Assembly (NCBI GenBank): GCA_951406725.2
Contig: OX597828.1
Location: forward strand, 19,654,001-19,718,000
Length of the DNA stretch: 64,000 nt
From: Octopus vulgaris
Taxonomy: Eukaryota
Reading direction: 5' to 3'
The notes below the pieces were generated by a model that saw only the letters and a program-made list of their open reading frames with translations, was not told where the DNA came from and ran no database searches. The position numbers and the translations under genes are program-made. Below, piece after piece: positions 57,556-64,000 of the stretch. Each line of letters starts with the position of its first letter. Position 1 is the first letter of the stretch.

Positions 57556-57677
57556 ATCGATACAAATGTTTCGATACATACAGATCCTCGTGTATACAGG
57601 ATTTAAAGTTAAGTTTAAATTCAATCATGTAACGATTTACCTGTATAAGAAGATCTATATGTATCTCCTCAGGCGAT
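57556..57677 (-). ncRNA. Type-I hammerhead ribozyme motif with very long, branched stem II (GUA site)
   Basis: rc = AUCGc-CUGAGGA-GAUACAUAUAGAUCUUC.UAUACAGG...CCUGUAUA...GAGGAUCUGUAUGUAUC-GAAA-C-auuu-G-U-A-uCGAU. Basal stem II is 17 bp with two G-U pairs. Confidence 0.8.
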
Positions 57678-58296
57678 ACTCAGTTGCTGTCTCCGCAAGT
57701 AAATCTAGATTTCCATGCTACAACATCCATACACACACTCACGTGCATGTACCAACATACAGAAAAACACACACATGTTTGTTCTTATACTAATTTATAA
57801 TAAGAACAATGTAACATTAGGCTGGAGAACTATTAGATAATTTTTGTAGAACGAATATTTATTATACTTTCTTAAGACGAAGTGTGATCGTTTCTTCAAA
57901 GATACGGCATGATAGATAGTCCAACAAAGGATACCAAGCCGAAATTTCGAAGTCACTGTTACTTTTGTTTTTGTAAAATCATAATAACTACACAAGTACA
58001 ATCACATACAGGTATAAAGTGATATGTAGACAAATATGTGTGATTCTGTCTGTGTATGTTTGTGCATATGTGTGTGTGTGTGTGTGCGCGTGCGTGTGCG
58101 TGGATGTATTTATGTATGAGCCTATGTTATAATTGCGGATAAGTGTATGCATATGTGCACAAATGTGTAAATGTATGATGTTATGTCTATATGTGCATAT
58201 GTATATGAGCGCGTGTACACACACACACACACATACACACACACATATATGAATTTAAATAATAAGGGTGAAAAAAGGGTTAGGGTTATATGTATG

Positions 58297-58344
<48 letters not shown>

Positions 58345-58372
58345 ATACACACATACACGCACACACACATGC

Positions 58373-58440
<68 letters not shown>

Positions 58441-58684
58441 GTATGCATGCGATCATCAGTTGATTTAATGGTTTACACCGATAACGAGCTTAAACGTGAT
58501 TCTTAATCATTAAGTTTTTCCAACCATCTTTCTAACATGACTAACGATCTAATTGGATATATCTCTGAAATGCTAATTCTCAATTTATTGCGCTACACTT
58601 CAAGAATGATTTCAGTCATTACATTGAGTCATTGACTTCTAGCAAATATAAATACAAGCTGTATTGTTAACTGTTAAGTATAAA

Positions 58685-58900
58685 AGTGCTTACTTAAACC
58701 TTTCGCTTCCGATGGAACGTTGTCCATCGATGAATTTTCTCTTCTGTTTTCGGCTCTGGGTTGTCATTGCTGCGTCTTTCTAGTTGCATGCCTGATTTTT
58801 CTCGCAGATTCCTTTCGATTTTGCTGCAACAAATCATATGTCCCCCTAAGGAGTGGTCTTCCTCTCCTAGGTATTGTTAGATTTAAATTATTGTCGATGC
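58685..58900 (-). pseudogene. Possible 3' end of an RTE-type LINE
   Basis: Minus strand 'RRGRP' motif followed ~170 nt later by a 'taagtaag' tail. Very decayed. Confidence 0.35.
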
Positions 58901-59137
58901 TTCTGCAATTTTGTTTTTCCTACGTAATGATGTTGACCCTACGCAAGCCAATTTTTACCTCTAGGAAGAGGTGCTCCGTATTGGTCTGGCCTCTATTCAC
59001 CAATGTTCTTCATTGTAGGTCCTACCAAAAGCTTGCGTTCCCCTGCCATAGTGCTTAGAGTCATTGAGACACACAAGCCGTTACACTTCGTGGTGGACCT
59101 ATGAACATATAAATCGGTAGAATAGGCGTTGGTGTAA

Positions 59138-59481
59138 AGAGTAAAAGGTAAAGGTAAAGACTCTCTTCGGCCATGAATGACCATGGGATTGCACCTAGAA
59201 ATTTCCGCTCCGAGGCTTAAGTCCGGACAATGTCGTTTATGGAAGATCAGCAATCGCCCAAGCAGACCAACCGCTCCCTCGCCACGCCACTGATTTTATC
59301 CAAGGGAAAGGCAAAAGGCGATATAGCTTGGCACCAGTGATATTGCAACTCATTTCTACAGCTGAATGAACTGGAAGTGTCTTGCTCAATAATAGAACAC
59401 ACAGCCCCCGTCCGGGAAGCGAAACTGCTACCGCATGATTGTGAGTCGCACGCTCTAATCGCCGAGCCATGCGTCTTCAGA
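59138..59481 (-). mobile_element. SINE body X + tail C, full length
   Basis: tRNA-like head, 'ttgagcaagacacttccagttcattcagctgtagaaatgagtt' body and a '(tttacc)n' tail. 11-bp TSD 'cgttggtgtaa' at 59127-59137 and 59482-59492. Confidence 0.88.
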
Positions 59482-60254
59482 CGTTGGTGTAATGGTATAA
59501 TTCACTATTTAATACGTACGTAATCAGATGATACATAAATCAAGAAGCATTTCCCATTAGAGCAGAGGGGTTATGAGATTTTTCACAGACACACTTTAAA
59601 ATTATATTTCTATTACATCTTTATATAACACTTAACCTCTGTATGTAATGAAACCTCTTCGAATTTCAAAAAAAAAATCACTCAAATATAATTATAGTAA
59701 TAAAGCTAACCGTAATTCAATTTGCAAGAAGAATAGCCACTAAAAGGGAACTGCATAGTAATCACTCTTAAGACATATATGATTAACAACCAATAAATTA
59801 AACGTTAAGTATTATATCCATACTCATTCGTTTAGGAACTTGGTTAGGGGAAATACGATATCACCGTCAGTCTTATATGGGGTTCAAAGTATAAGAACAT
59901 TCAATATAAGCGTTCTTTATATATTTTCATGGAGTTTTCTTCTAAAATTATTGTGTATGTTTTCTTTCTCTAAGATTTAATTGTATAATTCATTTGAAAA
60001 TAACGCAAATATTTGGAACTGCCTGAAATATTTAGAAATAATTCTATTGTTTCTCGCAGATTTAAAATGTCATTTGTTTCTAAGGCTATTGCACAGTTTC
60101 TCCGCAAAAATATAAATCTATTTACACAGATGCAGACACATATATTTTTACATTTATATGTGTTGTCTATGTATATGCATGTGCGTGTAGGTACATGAAT
60201 GCGTGTATGGTTGTGCGTGTTTGCATATATTTAGATGGATCTGTGTATATGTGT

Positions 60255-60289
<35 letters not shown>

Positions 60290-60528
60290 CATACATGTCT
60301 ATACACACCCACTCACATACACAGGCACGCATACATAAACAGACATATATATATAATGATATAGAGACAGATATATAAATGAATGGAAAAATGACAGGTA
60401 CAATATTTTGACACATATGCAAAGCTGAATAAGTAATACACACAGACACATATGTAGTAGACTTAAGGTTAGATAAATGGATACACTGAAAAATATTGTT
60501 GGTATTATCACACACACTCTCTCTCTTT

Positions 60529-60610
<82 letters not shown>

Positions 60611-60704
60611 GTGTGTCGGTGTGTTTGTGTGTGAGTGTGTACCAATATATATATACACAAACATATATATATATACATATATATGTACATGTATATATAT
60701 ATAC

Positions 60705-60741
<37 letters not shown>

Positions 60742-60779
60742 AAAATTGAGGGAGATATATATATATATATACATATATG

Positions 60780-60811
<32 letters not shown>

Positions 60812-61325
60812 CATATATGCACACACACATATTTATATATGTACATAAATATCTACAAATATTTTTATGTATATATACATATATATATGTATGTATAAAC
60901 ATATATTTATGTGTGTTTGTATACATCCATTTATATATTCACATATGCGCGTATATATGTAAATGTATACATACATACATATATGCGTACATATACATAT
61001 ATAAATACTTGTATGTGCGTGTGTGTGTGTGTGTGTCTTTGCTCACATTTGTTGAAATCTCTGCCTAAACAATTTGAAATGACTGCTGTGAGTGACCTAC
61101 GGCGAATACAATTGAAATGACTTAATTCCATTGTTTTGTTTTGTTTATTCCTTTGTCGACACTAAAACAATACAATAAATTGAATTTAGCTTAAAATTTG
61201 TGAATTTTGTGAAGCCAGAAAAACAAAAAAAATCAAAACGTATTTCACTTTATAACCTGTCAAACATTCACACAAGCACACACACTAATACACGCTTGCA
61301 CCTGCATACACTGCCTCTATGATAC

Positions 61326-61368
<43 letters not shown>

Positions 61369-61774
61369 GACACAAACACATATGTATACACACACACATG
61401 TATACACACATTCATGTCAACGAAGTAGTTAAGTAAAGCTATATGTTACCGGTGTAGCTACTCCTGCAGATCTGTACTCTGAATATAGAATGGAGATTTG
61501 ATAAGGCAGCCAGCAAATAACAAAAGCCGCTAGAATCATCATCAACATGAGAACAATCTGGAAGGAGAATAATAAGAAAAATAAGAAATATAAAATTCAT
61601 TGAAAATTCTACAGAAGCAACAGAATATTTAATAGATTTAAAAAAATATTTTATTCTTCTCGTCGTATTGTGTGTATGTTTTTTTCTTTTTTTTTTTACA
61701 TTTTTTTTTTGTTTTCATTTGATTTTATGAAATATACAGAGCAGACGATACCGAATAATGAAGTTTATCGAAAG

Positions 61775-61910
61775 CAGGGTCGAATTTCACCGAAGCTGAA
61801 CGAATGTCTTCGGGTAGATAATATTGATAATGTTGCGTACCGGGGTCGATCTAATCGACTGCCCCCCCACTCAAAATTTCAGGCCTTGTGCCTAGAGTAG
61901 AAAAGAATAT
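61775..61910 (+). mobile_element. Degenerate SINE family K 3' part
   Basis: 'ggggtcgatctaatcgact...ggccttgtgcctagagtagaaaagaat'. Confidence 0.55.
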
Positions 61911-61983
61911 TGATGTTATTGGATATTTTTATCATTGTTCAGCTTCATATCATGTTATAGAGGGAATTCAAAACGTATTTTCA

Positions 61984-62140
61984 TCCCCGTAACTTAGCGG
62001 TTCAGCAAGAGAAACCGATAGAATAAGTACTAGGCTTACAAAGAATACGTCCTGGGGTCGATTTGCTCGACTAAAGGCGGTGCTCCAGCATGGCCGCAGT
62101 CAAATGACTGAAACAAAAATTAAAAGAAAAGTAAAAGAAA
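61984..62140 (+). mobile_element. 5'-truncated SINE family M
   Basis: Near-consensus 3' half. Confidence 0.88.
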
Positions 62141-62542
62141 TAAAATATTCGTAACGTGGGGAAGGTGAACTTGGTTGGAGGTGAGGTGAGGGGGAAGATG
62201 TGTGCATGGATGACCGGGTAGGGGGAACTGCAGGCAACAATATAAACCAAAGGAACTCAGACGTTACTTGTAAGCGTCAATGCTACGCAGCACTGTAAGA
62301 AGGAGCACATGTTGGGGCAGGTGCCAAATCCGTAGTGTACTCACTCACATACTCCTGTTGTGATATTATTGTTGTTGTTGTTGCTTGGTCATAAGTTCTC
62401 TGGGACCGGGCAGAAGTATAACCAAAGACGCTCCAGTGGTGATCATATCGTCTTCAAGAACCATATTATCCAGTGACACTTGTATTCATAAGATATTAGG
62501 ATATGATCTCTCAGAGATTTGGCTACTATTTCTTGAAGGTCA

Positions 62543-62613
62543 GCGGCGGTGGTTCAAAGGTATAATACTCACCACGTATGCAGGCGCCTCGCGTTCAATT
62601 CCCGGTCGATGAA
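62543..62613 (+). pseudogene. tRNA-Gly-derived pseudogene
   Basis: 71 nt colinear with eukaryotic tRNA-Gly (CGGTGGTTCA..GGTA.AAT.CTC.CC....GTTC.ATTCCCGG.CGATG). The anticodon loop and stems are mutated. Confidence 0.7.
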
Positions 62614-62633
62614 ATTGAAATTTATGCATTTAC

Positions 62634-63390
62634 AGGCGTAAGCTTGGCTGTGAGATTAAGAAGTTCGCTTTGCGAACACGTAGTTTCGGGTCGAATCTTA
62701 ATGTCCGGCTCCTTCAGCGAGTGTTTTCTATTCTTGCCCTAGGCCAACCAATGCCTTCTGAGTGAATATTATTGATGGAAACTGTGGAAGCCTGTGGTAT
62801 ATATATATATATATATATATTTGAATGACACCCTTCAGTCATGAATGACCATGGGATTGGACCTAGAAAGTTACCCTTCGAAGCACAAATCTGGGCAAGG
62901 TTGTTTAAGGAAGAGCAGCAGTCACCCATGCATACCAGCTTTCCCTCTCCATGCCACCAGTTTTATTCAAGGGAAGGGCAAAGGTTGATACAGCTTGGCA
63001 CCAATGACGTTGCAGCTCATTTCTACGGCCTAGTGACCTGGAGCAACGTGAAATAAAGTGTCTTGCTCAAGAACACACTGGGCCATGCGCCTTCACATAC
63101 ACACACACACACACACAAACACATATATATTTATGCATGTATGTATGCATGAATATGTCTATATGTATGTATTTCTTCGAGTTTGTGCTTGTTCCCCACT
63201 ACCGTTTGACAACCATTATTGGTTTGTTTATATTCCTATTAGCTAGCAGTTCATCAAAAGACACTGATAGAATAAAAAGTAATGGGATCGATTTGTTCGA
63301 CTAAAAATACTTAAGTACTACACAAAAGACTTCAAGCCGGTGCCACAGCATGGCCGCAGCTCAATGGCTGACACAGCTAAATGAAAAAAG
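62634..63390 (+). mobile_element. Old SINE family M interrupted by another SINE
   Basis: Head at 62634-62797 and 3' half at ~63175-63390. Confidence 0.75.
62822..63095 (-). mobile_element. SINE body X + tail C nested in the family-M microsatellite
   Basis: Homology to 59138-59481, with an internal deletion in the head. Confidence 0.82.
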
Positions 63391-63776
63391 AAGAAAACAG
63401 GAATGAGGTATTTACCAGCAGTTCGTTTGTAGGGATACAAGTGGCACTGATATTGTTGTTGTTGTTGCGGTTGTTGATTCCAAAGCAACAGTATGTCTAT
63501 GTCTAAGACACTTAGCACTTGCACCTCAAATTAATCATCACGTGATTGTTGTATTATCACAATGCAACAAGTAATTAATGTGAAATGTCTTAAATTAATT
63601 TGCTAATGAAAGACTCACACGGTGTTCATGTAAGATAATATATTGAGCAGATGTATTGTTAATTAAATGTCTGGTTCTTCTAATTTGGTGTAAAGTTTAA
63701 TTTTCTTCGCTGTATTATCATGGCATCTGGAAGTTTTTCAATGTATGGGTACTTTGCTAATACATATACGTATGTG

Positions 63777-63839
<63 letters not shown>

Positions 63840-64000
63840 GTATATATATGCATGTATATATGATATGTATCTATAATATATATTTAGTAGATATACATAT
63901 GTGTATACACACATATGCATATATATATGCATCTGTAATATATATAAATATATGTGTGTGTGAGTCTGTGTGTGTGTATGTATATATATATATTCATACA

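Noticed and set aside
57880-57952. Stem-loop ending in GCC-GAAA-UUUC-GAAG
   Set aside because: No recognisable 5' catalytic core.

Overview
This is AT-rich, microsatellite-saturated, non-coding animal DNA. The tRNA-derived SINEs and (TA)/(TACA)/(CA)/(TATC) tracts resemble an octopus or other cephalopod intron or intergenic region (inferred from repeat content). No host exon could be supported, and nearly all ORFs in the track are microsatellite or satellite artefacts. Recognisable content: several SINE families; decayed L1-like, RTE-like and R4/Dong-like LINE fragments; a near full-length DD37D mariner-like pseudogene; Tc1 and MITE remnants; two non-autonomous Helitron-like copies; a 3-kb composite satellite with orientation flips; and a ~6.9-kb duplication flanking a 100-N gap, probably a haplotype or assembly artefact. 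The main hidden signal is six sequence-distinct type-I hammerhead ribozyme motifs found by manual folding. They lie in short, sometimes fold-back, Penelope-like inserts within or beside (TA)n/(TG)n/(CA)n tracts, and include a compensatory G3-C8 core variant and versions with very long stem II.
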